Source: Eledone cirrhosa (Eukaryota). From it: DNA of 64,000 nt. The stretch is from contig OZ024743.1 in NCBI GenBank assembly GCA_964016885.1, positions 126,232,001-126,296,000 of the forward strand, given 5' to 3'. The translations under genes were made by a program, and so were the position numbers. The notes below the pieces were generated by a model. The model was not told where the DNA came from. It searched no databases and saw only the letters and a program-made list of their open reading frames with translations. Shown here piece by piece: positions 1 through 14,368 of the stretch; the first letter of the stretch is position 1, and each line of letters opens with the position of its first letter.

Positions 1-36
1 TCTATCTTCTTATTATAACCTAATATCATTACATTA

Positions 37-125
37 GAAGAAGAAGAAGAAGAAGAAGAAGAAGAAGAAGAAGAAGAAGGAAGAGGAGGAGCATGAGGAG
101 GAGAAGAAGAAGAAGAAAGGGAGAG

Positions 126-153
<28 letters not shown>
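37..153. repeat. (GAA/GAG)n microsatellite
   Basis: Direct triplet runs seen in sequence. Confidence 0.95.
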
Positions 154-156
<3 letters not shown>

Positions 157-961
157 TCTCATTGAAGACCAGAGAAGTAAACGACAAGAACAAATTTCAC
201 CGATTATGAAAGGGAAAAGCATTATGAAAAATATCTTGATTTTACTAATTTGCGTCGGCTGTAAGGAAGTGCAATTTCCTTCATAAACGATAATGAAGAA
301 GAAATAATACAGGAAAAAGAAAAAAACATAAAAAAATAATTAAAAGGTAACTAACAATGGAAAATATATTAATAACGCCAAATCTTGTTGAAAAAAAATA
401 GAATTAAAAAAATTATACAAGTTGAGAAAATACCAATAAACTTTTTTTTTTAACAAGAATTATGAATAAATTTTTCTTTCAATGAAAACATCGACTTGGA
501 AGATTTCATATGTTGCTTGAAGACTGGATAAAAAAAATCCTCACAGACAAAGATCATCTAGAGAAATTTGTCTAAAATTAAAGCATGGCGAGGCAAGATT
601 TCTGAGGAGACAAAGGAGAAATACTGCATAGAAAGGACATTGAAAGAGTCTCAGTGAAAGAACATCAATCACAAAGGAATGCAATAATAGGCAGCTTATT
701 GAATTAGTTCAAAGGGGGAGGGAGAGAAAATCAACAACAATAACAACTAAAGAAGCAACAAAAACAAATTGTAAACATTAAAAGCCAGTTCTATTCAAGT
801 AAAGCAGTAGAGCTGATTTATTAGCTCAATTTATTAGAAGCTGAATAATTGAAATAAGATTTGGTGAAAGTTGGCAACTCTCCAGTTTCAAGTACAAGCG
901 CATACACAAACATATATATGTGTGTGTCTCCTGTGCATATGTGCCTACATATATATATATA

Positions 962-1278
962 TCATCATTATCATCATCATCGTTTTACGTCCATTCTTCC
1001 ACACAAGCATGGGTTAAATGGGTTGTCCTGTTATGGGCAATGCCAGGGCAGGTGACCTTGTCTTGCTCATATGGGAACTGATTTTGGCTTGATTTCTACA
1101 GCTGGATGCCCTTCCTAACACCAACCTCATTTACAGTGAGTGTTGGGTGCTTTTTTACCGTGGCGGCACCTACATGGCCACTTTACAGTGGGAGGAGGTG
1201 GGGGAATATTGTCTATATGTTTCAGCTTTGGCTTGTACCCATGGGAAGTCGGGTCTTCTGTATTACTGTGTGACGCCA
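962..1278 (-). mobile_element. RTE-tail SINE / RTE 3'UTR fragment
   Basis: (cat)n tail and ctggatgcccttcctaacaccaacc motif shared with the 3'UTR of the RTE at 40626-40980 and with 45973-46158. Confidence 0.7.
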
Positions 1279-1286
1279 TATATATA

Positions 1287-2178
1287 CAGGGTGCGGACGA
1301 TATTTGTTCGCAAAATTACTGTCTAGGAAAAAATAATACAGTAGTTTTATTTTTTAAGATTTATTTATCAAACTTGGGTCAGTTTGTTTTCATGACTTGT
1401 TCTTTCGATCTCACTCGATAAACCCGCCACTGGCTTTGATGACGGCCTCAAGGCGTCCTCGGAACCGGCTACAGGCCTTCGTCACTGTCCCCCGACTTAG
1501 GCCCCTAAAGGCACTTGTGATCCTGGCCTTCAGATCGTCTTTCGTATTGCAGCTAGATCTGTTGGTGTCTCGTTCCACTGCGCCCCACACAAGGAAGTCG
1601 AGGGGGTTGCAGTCAGGCAAGTTGGGAGGCCAGATGTTAGGTGAAGTGTGGTCGACGAAGTTCTCTGACAACCAGGCTTGGGTCTTTCGGCTGGTAAGGC
1701 AGCGTGCTGAGCCTTGCTGCCACACGTACGGCCTACCTGCAGCTACCTGGTCGATCCAGGGCTTTACTACCTCACTCAGAACGCGGATGTAGCCATCGCT
1801 GTTCAGCTTGAGGCCCTCAGGGAAGAAGTGAGGTGGCATCACGTCACCTTGACTGCTGACAACACCTAAGACCAATGTTGTCGCTGGAAACATTGTCTAC
1901 ATGACTCTGTGCACGTCTTTGGATGAGACAGTGAGCCACCTGTTGTTCTGGGGGTTGATCTTCTGGTCTTATTGGTCCTCCCGGCGTGGATTCCAAGAAA
2001 ACCTCTGTGTCTCTTCCACAAATTTGGAGGTTCAAAATTATTCATAATCAATTATTCTGAAAAAAAATAATGGAAATATAGTCACTGTTTTTATGAAGAC
2101 AAGAGTGACAACGGATGTAAAAAAAATTTGCATAAAATTACCAGTTGAAAATTGTGAACAAATATCGTCCACACCCTG
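1287..2178 (-). mobile_element. Internally deleted DD37D (maT) Tc1/mariner transposon, 892 bp
   Basis: TIRs cagggtgcggacgatatttgttc...gaacaaatatcgtccacaccctg flanked by TA. Highly similar to 4146-5452 except for a 415-bp internal deletion joined at an aag microhomology. Confidence 0.93.
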
Positions 2179-2192
2179 TATATATATATATA

Positions 2193-2519
2193 TCATTTTA
2201 CGTCTGCTTTTCCCTGCTTGCAAGGGTGGGACGGCAACTGATTCTGGCTTGATTTCTACAGCTGGATGCCTTTCCTAACACCAACCTCATTTACAGTGAG
2301 TGCTGGGTGCTTTTTTGCCGTGGCACCTCTACGTCCATTTTGCAGTGGAATGATAGTGACCTCAGTCCCTATCATCTCATTTCTACAGCTGAGTAAACTG
2401 GAGCAATGTGAAATAAAGTGTCTTGCTCAAGGAAACAACACATCACCTGGTCTGAGAATTGAACTCACAACCTTTCGATTGCAAGGCCAATGCTCTAACC
2501 ACTAAGCCATGTGCCTCCA
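2193..2519 (-). mobile_element. tRNA-derived SINE with Meta-like central domain and RTE 3' tail
   Basis: Minus strand: A box tggcttagtgg, B box gttcaattc, then ccttgagcaagacactttatttcacattgctccag, tail cccttgcaagcagggaaaagcagacgtaaaatga. Copies at 44511 and 56540. Confidence 0.85.
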
Positions 2520-2546
2520 TGTATGTATATGTATATATATATATGT

Positions 2547-2630
2547 ATGACAAGTGGAAAGATGCTGTGCTGAATAAGACCTGTCCCACCCTTGCAAGCA
2601 GGGAAAAAGGGCACGTAAAATGATGATGAT
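2547..2630 (+). mobile_element. Short 3' end of RTE LINE
   Basis: Near-exact reverse complement of 2773-2855, ending in (atg)n before (TA)n. Confidence 0.85.
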
Positions 2631-2659
2631 ATATATATATATGTATATATATATATATG

Positions 2660-3895
<1,236 letters not shown>

Positions 3896-3927
3896 CTCCT
3901 ACTATATATATATATATATATATATAT

Positions 3928-4031
3928 AAGGTTGTCCTTCCTGTTCCTATAACCATGCCCATTCCGAGAGGATCCGCAAAGGTGAAACATTTGTTCTCGG
4001 TATGGTGAACTAACTGTTGTGAAACCACTTC
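3928..4031 (+). mobile_element. Short (TA)n-embedded element with degenerate hammerhead motif (3964-4000)
   Basis: ccgag-AGGA-tccgcaaaggt-GAAAC-attt-GTT-ctcgg. Stem I ccgag/ctcgg is intact; CUG of the core is missing. Confidence 0.5.
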
Positions 4032-5452
<1,421 letters not shown>

Positions 5453-5461
5453 TATATATAT

Positions 5462-6458
5462 AGGGAAGGTGCATGACTTAGTGGTTAGAGCATTAGTTGG
5501 TGATTCCTGGGAAGTATATAGTACATGGTTCATGAACAGAAATGAGGAGTGATGTGGCTCAACTTGACTTGAGGGTTCCACCTGTGTTTGGGTAGATAAC
5601 TCTAAATGATTTTATGTTTTATAACATATCTTGTGTTAATTATTGTGTTTTATAATAATTTCATGCTTATTTCATGTTTTATCAAATTTATCTGTCTATT
5701 GTATGATGTCTTTGCTTTTACCTTCACTTTCTATAACTTTGTCCAGCCTTACCTGTATTGTAACCTCTATGCTTATGTTAACTGTGTTTCTATGTGCAAG
5801 CCCTTGTGGCTATTAAAGAACTTATTATTATTAATATTTAGGAACCCTTGTGGTTAATAAAGAAAGCATTATTTAGGGAATATGTTGTTTTTATTTTTTA
5901 ATTTTTATTTTTCAGTCTTCTTTATAAACCTTTCTCTCACACAAAATACCCACACTGTACTGTATTGTACAATCTTCATTGTCCTCTTAATGTAAGCCTT
6001 GTGTGGCTAATAAAGAAATCACTATTATTATTATTATAGGGTTGAAGACAGCCATTTTCCTCTTTGGCGAAGCCCTGATTAACTTTTTTAGATTTCACTT
6101 GAAGAGAAAAGTCATGATGGAAAGGGAATTGCTGCCTTCCAATCAGTCTCTTGAAAGATGGGTGACAGTGGCAAGCATGGTTCGTGTGAATGGACTCGCC
6201 TTGAGCATACACCTGTAGATTGGGTAGAAAGACTGGGAGAAGTCACTTTGCCCTAGCGGACAGGGTGACAGTGGATTTTTAGGATTTCTACACGAGTAAC
6301 CCTTACAGTTTCCTCACCTTTGGGGAATTTGTTATGTTTGTTTTCTTAGTCTCTTTTATAAATTTTATTTTACACAAAGAAAAACCCACACTGTATCGCC
6401 CTGTATCATCTGTAATGTTTCCTTAATTTGAGCCCGGTGTGACCAATAAAGAAACCAT
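5462..6458 (+). mobile_element. Stack of 5'-truncated L1/Tx1 3' ends
   Basis: Repeated tail ccttgtgg..aataaagaaa + (att)n near 5800, 5845, 6000 and 6440. 6040-6218 encodes ALINFFRFHLKRK..ERE, homologous to the C-terminus at 10230-10397. Confidence 0.8.
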
Positions 6459-6521
6459 TATTATAATTATTATTATTATTATTATTGTTATTATTATTGT
6501 TGTTGTTGTTGTTGTTGTTAT

Positions 6522-7085
6522 TCTTGGAGTCTCAGTCATTAATGTTATTTAACTGGAAAGTTTGTTCAAATGAACATCAAGCCACTACCTGCAGCCTCAG
6601 ATATTCAGGACATATCGAAGGGTTCTTGCTGTTCCCAGCAAGCATGCCTTTTGAAGTGTTCCAAAAAAGGGGGCTAGACTAATCTTCTTTAACCATCCTT
6701 GAAAACTCTTTGAGATAGTACCTAGTGCTCCTATGACAATCGGGACAACCTTGATCTCATGACAGTCCCAAATCCTTTATAATTCCCACTTTAAATCCTG
6801 GTATCAGTTAATTTTCTCCTTCTCCTTTTCTTGCATTCTTGTGTCAAAGGGGCAGGCTACATCTACAATCAGGCATGGTCTTTTTTCCTTGTCAAAAACC
6901 ACCAGGTCAGGCCTATTGTGTTCTAATTTCTTGTCCGTCTGTATCCTAAAACCCCATAGCACCTTCACTTGATCGTTTTCTATCACCGACTCTGGTTTAT
7001 GCTCATACCACTTCTCAGAATGTGGTAAATTATTTAGTTTGCATAAATGCCAGTGAATCACCTTTCCTATTATATCATGATTATT
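6522..7085 (-). mobile_element. R4/Dong-clade (RLE) non-LTR retrotransposon 3' fragment
   Basis: HDIIGKVIHW..WYEHKPESVIEN..HNRPDLVVFDK..IVDVACPFD..VVPIVIGALG, a PD-(D/E)xK RLE C-terminus with stops, next to (att/gtt)n. Confidence 0.85.
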
Positions 7086-7094
7086 TTTATTATC

Positions 7095-7283
7095 ATGGTA
7101 CATTGGCAGTATCAGTAGAGGGTCGGGCACCATGCTTTGACGCATAGAGTTACGGCCCTTGCCATTCTGAGTTCAAATCCCGCCGAGGTTAACTTTGCTT
7201 TTCATCATTACGGGGTCGATAAAATTAAGTACTAGTAATGTACTGGGTAATTGCTGGCCTTGTGCCAAAAAATAGAAACAATT
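7095..7283 (+). mobile_element. tRNA-derived Nin/Deu-domain SINE
   Basis: B box gttcaaatc, Nin-like aactttgcttttcatcattacggggtcgataaaattaagtac, tail ggccttgtgccaaaaaatagaaac then (att)n. Confidence 0.85.
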
Positions 7284-7317
7284 ATTATCATTATTATTAT
7301 TATTATTATTGTTCTTA

Positions 7318-7401
7318 GGGCGGTGGATTGGCAGTATCGGTAGAGGGTCAGACGCCATGCTTTCCAGCATAGTTACGTCCCTTTACGGTCTGAGTTCAAA
7401 T
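7318..7401 (+). mobile_element. Nin-SINE 5' head only, abutting L1/Tx1 body
   Basis: ggcggtggattggcagtatcggtagaggg...gagttcaaatc, then abrupt switch to LINE ORF2. Confidence 0.8.
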
Positions 7402-10400
7402 CTTCTTTAGTGTTAGTGGGCGACTGGAACGGGATTTTAGATGCACGCTGGGACTGTGTGGGATTAGCGGATAGGGGTGGAGGGTGCAAGAGCCTCATCA
7501 ACCTGCTCAGGCGTTTTGAACTGTCTGACAGGTACCGATTGGATTTCCCGAATGTGCCAATGTGGACTTGGACAAATCGCATAGGGTCATCCAGATCATA
7601 TCTAGATAGAGTATTTTGTAGGGAAATAGATAGGTCTAGCATAGGCTGTCCACAATTCAAGATAGTCAGCTACACGGACCACAAATTTGTGATCTGTGTG
7701 CTTGACTTAGATAGGCTTCATAGACGAGGACCAGGCTACTGGAAGCTAAACGCGTCCTTACCAGCGCGCAAGGCCTACAGAGACCAGATTAGCGAACTAG
7801 TTAAGCGGGCGTTGATGGGGGCCATCGTCAACAACAAGTGGTGGTTTGCTCTGAAAAGAGCGATTAGAATAGAGTCCATTAGGTTTAGTAAGGCTTTAGC
7901 AATAGAGAAAAATAGAGCAGAGGCAGAACTAGTTAGAAAATTAGACGCGGCGCTTAGTAAAGACATCGTGACCGACGTACTTGCGGCGAAATTGGCCGTT
8001 GACCAATTCTTCAATACAAAGCACGAAGGCTGTGTTGTCAGAGCGAGAGTGCGTGCTCTCAGACACGAGGGGACGAAAGCCGTTCAATGGGCCCGAGTGG
8101 CAGAGGCACGTCGTGGAAACAAATCCACGATCCGGTCTTTGGTGGACCATGACGGGCGCATGCTACTTGATCCCGGGCAAATATGTGAAGCTTTTCAGCG
8201 ACACCTCGCACAGCTGTTCAGGGGCAGCGGCGGGCCGGATCGAGGGATGGACTTTAGTGTCTACCTCGAGGGACTGCCGCGGCTCTCGGCCACTGAGGCG
8301 GAGTGTTGCGAAAAGCCGATAACAGTCGCTGAAACGGGAGGCAATGACTGGCTGCACAAGGGGTAAATTGCCTGGTTTGGATGGTCTGCCATATGAAATT
8401 TACGTACAGATGCCAGATTTGTTCGGAGGCCTCTTAGCGGACGTCTACTGCAACTGGCAACAGAACGGGAGAATTCCCAGCTCTGTGAGCCGATAGCTGT
8501 GGCGCTGCTGAGAAAGGATCCGAATTAGGGGGATAACATAGATAATTTCAGGCCCATAACTCTGCTAAACACAGAGTTCAAGATTTTGGCCAAGGTGTTA
8601 GCAAAGAGGTTGGCGCTTGTCGTTGGTGGTCTGGTGGGAGAGGCGCAGACATGCGCTATTCCCGACAGATCCATCCACGACAACCTCCACCTCATGCAAT
8701 ACATTGTAGAGAGTGTAGCTAGGGAACCTGGCACGGGTGGGTCCTTGATCAATTTAGATCAGTCAAAAGCTTTCGATAGGGTCGACCATCGTTACCTAGC
8801 AGCAGTCCTGAGGGCGGCTGGCTTTGGGCCCGTCTTCAGAGGCTGGATCACTGCCATGCACAGCGACATCTGCTCTCTGGTGAGAGTAAACGGTCACCTT
8901 TCGGAACCGTTCAACATCATGCACTCGGTCCGCCAAGGATGTCCCCTCTCGTCCCTCTTGTACGTATTGACTCTCGAGCCATTACTGCACAAACTGGAGA
9001 CGTTGAGGGGGATCCCGTGCGAACTAGGATGCGGGAGATCCGTGTCAGCATATGCGGACGATGTGACCGTAGTGGTGTCGAACGCCAAACACATCGAGGC
9101 GATCGGCACTACACTACTAAGAGAATACGAAGCGGTGACAGAAGCAATGATCAACCAGGAAAAGTCAGTGGGCCTGCAGCTCGGCACCTGGAGAGGCAGG
9201 TCCATGCCGTCCAACAGCGTCGTCGGGCACTGGACGGACGGACCGGTTAAATTGCTAGGGGTCTGGTTCGGTCCGGACCTCCAGACGAACAAAAACTGGG
9301 ATGAGGTGACGAGCAGGGTGGCTTCTCTCACCCAGAAATGGGCGGAGAGGAAGCTATCCCTGAAAGGTCGAGCGGAGGTGGCTAACGTGTACATCGCGTC
9401 TGTCATCTACTACCGCCTGACCGTTGTACCTTGTCCCAAGCCCCGCCTGACTGCGCTGGAGCGTTTGCTCTTTCGCTTTTTGTGGAAGGGACACTCCGAT
9501 GGTCAGACGGTCCATTTTCTGTCAATACCCGCTACGTGGAGGGCTGGGCATGCCGTGGCTGATGATGCGAAGAAACGCGCTCAGGCTGCGACATCTCCAC
9601 CTCTTCCTCGACGGTGATCAGGTGTGGTCGCCGTTTGTTAGACGCGTCTTTCCCCAGCTCGTCTCCTTGACAGAGCTGCAGTCCTGGGTCATGCAAAGAC
9701 CGAGAGGGAGCGCTTGGAGACTGGAATGTCTTCAGGCGCTCACAGCCCTCGACCAATCGGGCAATGTGATCGGTGGAAAATCCACCTTGGCGTTCTATAG
9801 AGGATTAGTGGAGGGGAAGAGCGACGACGTACTTGGAGAAACTCTAGGCGTCGCCGAAAATCAACTAGTCAATCTCTTCGGAAGAACTTTCGGGCCGGGG
9901 ACAACTTCCATAAATCCCTGGCCTGGCAGTGCTACCGAGGAGCTTTACCAGTTCGGGATAAACTCTACAGGCATGGAGGTGCCATCAGCCGGGCATGTCC
10001 GAGATGCGCGCAGGGCGACGAAACCGTCCTGCACGCACTCGTCCAGTGTCCGAGCATTGCTGACTTGTGGGTTTATGTCGAACACCTGCTGTCACGTGTA
10101 GGACGGATCCAGCTATCAGCTGAGTCCATCGGGAGGATTGCCCCGCCCTCTTCCTTTAGCCGAGAAGGGCAGGCAGTTTTTATCTGTCTGGTGGCCATGG
10201 CGAAAGAGATAGTATGGTGGACACGTTTGAAAGGGCTGAAGACGAGCACTTACCTCTTCGGTGATGCCCTGATTAACTTTTTCAAATTTCATTTGAAAAG
10301 GAAAATCAGGGTAGAGAGGGAAGTGCTCTCTTCCCAGCATTTTGTTGAAAGATGGGTGAGTGAATGGGCCTACTCTGAGTATGTGTCTGTAAATTAAAGG

Positions 10401-10725
10401 TGGAAAACTGGGAGAGGGCACTTGCCCTGGTGGTCAGGGTCACTGTGGCCTTTTAATGGGCTTTCTCCACAAATGTCCCTCGGAAGTCTCCTCCCTATTG
10501 GGGAATTTTTCATTGTTATTTTTTTTGTTACATCCTCTGTTTTTGTTTTTTTTACACGCAGAAATGCCCATTTGTACCGTCCTGTACTGTCCTTAATGTC
10601 TACTTTATGTAAACCCTTGTGGTTAATAAAGAAAGCATTATTATTATTATTCTTGTGGTTAATAAAGAAATCATTATTATTATTAAAATAAAGAAATAAA
10701 GAAATAAAGAAATAAAGAAATAATA
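7402..10725 (+). mobile_element. 5'-truncated L1/Tx1-clade LINE (ORF2 pseudogene plus 3'UTR)
   Basis: APE motifs GDWN, YLDRVF, YTDH; RT motifs DQSKAFDRV, RQGCPLS, YADD; CCHC CPRCAQGDETVLHALVQC. Frameshifts or stops near 8340, 8492, 9495 and 9900. Tail (aaataaag)n then (att)n. Confidence 0.93.
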
Positions 10726-10728
10726 ATA

Positions 10729-10774
<46 letters not shown>

Positions 10775-11044
10775 CTTAATTTTGTAGTGTTTGTAAAGAC
10801 ATTTCCAATATAAACTTTTATATTGTGATGCTATTAAAAGAAACTGGTGCATGTCCGGTCCTATTATTGATTATAGATCAATAATCTATAACTCTATAAG
10901 TCAAGGAACTTACTCTGCAACAATAACATTACTTCATCGATTTCAAAATAATAATTGTTAAAAAAAGACTATTTAGGAATCAATGTACCAAAGTAAGTGA
11001 AATCGATGAACTACAGTAGGTATGCATGTAAGCATGTATATATG

Positions 11045-11077
<33 letters not shown>

Positions 11078-11084
11078 GTGTATG

Positions 11085-12196
11085 TCAGGTGACCAGTTGG
11101 TGCTACTGGTAACATGTATCCCAGTACAACCTGTCTCATGGTTGGGTCGTTGGCGACTAAACTGGCAACCCCACCAAGGTTTCTTGGCGAGGAGGGTGAC
11201 TTTGGACATCCTGCAGGACTAAAAACAAAACCTGTCAAAGGGCAAAGGAGCTCTTAAGAGTCAATGGCCATCCAAAATCACCGGGAGAGATGACCCCTTA
11301 GCCTTTGTCAAGGCAGAATTCTAGGAGAAGGAAAACTCTGATATAACACCTGCAACCCTGATGGTATCCAATGATGTTGACTTGTTATTCTTTTTGGTAA
11401 ATATCATCTTGGTTAAGAGAGTGGGACTGGCTTTGTGCAGTGCCTTTGCTCACTATAAAAGCTTCACAGTACAGGCATTGCTTTATATCTGGAGATCTCT
11501 CTGCACTTGTCGTTACATGGTACCATGGGCCCAGCACTATGTGTCAATGATTGTCACAAGTGTAGTGTTTGTACCAGAGTTTTCAAGTCGCTGGCAAATG
11601 GACTAAAAAGTCACACCCGTTCAGAGCATCGGTGGGGGTTCTCCTACATGGATATAAAGTAGTGGCCGTACTCGAAAACGAGTTGGCAGTACCATGTGTG
11701 TATGTATGTGTGTGGTCGGGTCGTCAGTGACCAAACCGGCAACCCCACCAAGTTTACTTGGTGAGGAGGGTGATTTTGGACACCCTACAGGACAAAAAAC
11801 AAAACCTGACAAAGGGTGGAAGAACTCATAAGAGACAACGGCCATCCAAAAGTGTGTAAATATGTATATACACATGTACCGCGCGGTTAAACCACTGGGA
11901 GTGAAGGACCCTTAGCCTTTGTCAGGGCATTCTTCTAGGAGAAGGCAACTCAGGAAGCTGGGATAACTCCAATATAAAACCTGTGGCTCAGTAGTTACCG
12001 ATGATGTTGATCTTTTCTTCTTTTCGGGTTATAGCTCCTGTCGCTCAGAGAGTGGGATTGGCTCAGTGCACAGTTTTTCCTCACTTTAAAAAATATCTAC
12101 ATGCACAGGTATTGCACGATAGAATTAATTAATAATTATTAATAATGGTATATCATGCAATGGCCATACTCGATAACGAGGGGGCAGCCATCATCA
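11085..12196 (+). mobile_element. Two related non-autonomous elements in (TATG)n, probably RTE-derived
   Basis: 11145-11470 and 11715-12090 share ggcaaccccaccaag..aaaacctg..ccttagcctttgtca..ctaggagaagg..gatgatgttga. A third copy lies at 12910. The family assignment is inference. Confidence 0.55.
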
Positions 12197-12281
12197 TGTA
12201 TGTATGTATGTATGTACATATGTATGTGTGTATGTATGTATGTGTGTATGTATATATGTATGTATGTATATATGTATGTAT

Positions 12282-12838
12282 GTTCTGGTTTTATAATTTC
12301 ACAAATTTTTCCCAATAGAGAGAGAGTCGGTTTCTAACATAGACACAAGACTCTCTCATTGGAATTTACACAACATCAACTAAGTAGATATGTATGCATG
12401 CATGTGTAGATATGGATGTTATTGTATGTGTGGATGTGGATGTTTTGAGTTGTATGTGTGCATGTGTATATGCTTAGTAACTGTACATGGAATGCAGTTA
12501 TTAGATGCAGTTATTAGAAATTTTTGGAATGTTTTACATAATTTTACTGTTCCATTAATGGATTGTACTTGTAATTTCCTAACTACTTGTGTTCTTTCTG
12601 TTCCTGTGAAGCCCAGCTTCTCAAGATTTGTATTGAGGCAGTTGCTAATATATCCCAGGGCCCCAATAATCACAGGCATAAATCTGAAGGTATAATCAGG
12701 GTGGAGTATCTGCAGATTTCTCATCAGTCCTGCATAAATATTCTCCTTTTCGCTAATCTTTGATATTATATTGGCATCTGCTGGGCAGCTAATTTCCACT
12801 ACTTGCATGCCTTCTTTTCCCCGTCCCATATCATAATA
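12282..12838 (-). mobile_element. R4-clade (RLE) retrotransposon 3' fragment in (CATA)n
   Basis: VVEISCPAD..KENIY..FMPVIIGALG..LQVQSINGTVKLCKTF RLE C-terminus plus 3'UTR, with (tatg)n on both sides. Confidence 0.8.
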
Positions 12839-12907
12839 TCTGTATGTATGTATATATGTATGTACGTACATATGTATGTACATATGCATGTGCGTATGTA
12901 TGTATGT

Positions 12908-13200
12908 AAAGGACCCCTAGCACTTGTCAAGGCATTCTTCTAGGAGAAGGCAACTCAGGAAACTGGGATAACTCCAACATAAAACCTGTGGCTCAGTAGT
13001 TACCGATGATGTTGATCTTTTCTTCTTTTCGCGTTATAGCTACTGTTGCTCAGAGAGTGGGATTGGCTCAGTGCACAGTCTTTCCTCACTTAAAAAAAAA
13101 TCTTCACACACAGGTATTACACGATAGCATTAATTGATAATTCTTAATAATCTTATATCATGCAATGGCCATACTCAATAACGAGGGGGCAGCCATCATG
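12908..13200 (+). mobile_element. 5'-truncated copy of the 11715-12196 element
   Basis: Near-identical to 11905-12196, with the same gcagccatcatg(tatg)n end. Confidence 0.75.
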
Positions 13201-13213
13201 TATGTATGTCTGC

Positions 13214-13250
<37 letters not shown>

Positions 13251-13253
<3 letters not shown>

Positions 13254-13454
13254 CAAAGAGGGTGTGGTAAGATACCAGGTGGACCATAATTCACCAGAGT
13301 ACTCAATACTTAGGGTAGTAGAGTGGGTAATAGGAAAAGTGTCAGGACCCTGACGGCTGAGCTCCGGGCGTTTTGACAACTATATCTGAACTGGTCGGAT
13401 CTAGCTGTCGAAACGGCCGGAGCTCAGCCGTTGGGGTCCTGAATCTTTTCCTAT
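13251..13454. mobile_element. Foldback Penelope-like pLTR fragment with 3' half of a hammerhead
   Basis: Inverted arms ~13330-13389/13395-13454 containing GAAACGGC-cggagctca-GCCGTT-ggggtc. Same family in reverse at 44866-45008. Flanked by (TA)n. Confidence 0.6.
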
Positions 13455-13524
13455 ATATTTATATATATAATAGTAATATATAAGGGAACAAAGAATCAGT
13501 GTTGTATCATATACATATTTAATT

Positions 13525-13605
13525 ACATATTACATATGTTTCACTGTCGATCAGCTCGAGGAACGATCAAACCTGACTCTGGAATCGGAAGCTCCTCAGA
13601 TATGT
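13525..13605 (-). ncRNA. Type I hammerhead ribozyme motif, intact core
   Basis: Minus strand: acatat-CUGAGGA-[gct..50 nt..agt]-GAAAC-auau-GUA-auaugu. 6-bp stem I, palindromic stem III, GUA cleavage triplet. Confidence 0.8.
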
Positions 13606-13734
13606 GTTAACATGTAGACTCGAGTCTATATTTACACACAGATCGATTTCAAAATAATAGTTATTCCATACATGTATGGAAAACAGACGTTAAATGATAA
13701 TGATGATGATGATGATATATACATATTTATATAT

Positions 13735-14368
13735 ATGGGATAACAAGTTATTGTTATAGGTAATCCAGTTAGAGGTTATGAGTACTCTGCGTCGTGGATA
13801 GTTTTAACGTACGGCTTTGTTTGACTCAACAAGATGTTTCCATAGTTATGCAGCGAGTTTGCGGTAATTTCTATGCAGGTTATACTTGGAGTAATAATAG
13901 TGAAAGAATGAAGAGTAACATGGTTGGCTGTTGGTTTTATACCCTTTCTACTCAGGCACTCCTCACACACATGTTTCTCCTTTGGTCACCTATGTTGTGT
14001 CAAAGCTTCTAAATCTCACATTAATCATCAGCCCTTTGGAACTCCTTCCTTGCTCATGTTATACCTACAGAAGTTGACTAGTAATGCTGTTTCCATAGTT
14101 ATGCAGCAAGTTCGCGGTAATTTCTATGTAGGTTATACTTGGAGTAATAATAGTGAAAGAATGAAGAGTAACATGGTTGGCTGTTCAACAAGGGGCTTTA
14201 TATCTACGTACTCTGACGTGTTGATCAAAGGTAAATAATGTATTGGAGATCGAGTGACGCAACTTCAAGCGATTAGCGACCTCCTGGCTCACCTGATCAA
14301 TGAAACAATTGTCAGTACTTGAAATAAAGCCCCTTATTGTACAGCCAACCATGTTACTCTTCATTCTT

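Noticed and set aside
2445-2519. tRNA gene
   Set aside because: The tRNA-like A/B boxes are the head of a multi-copy SINE; no complete cloverleaf.
10835-10870. Hammerhead-like gtgatgc..gaaac..gtc
   Set aside because: Core mismatched and no stem I or II complementarity.
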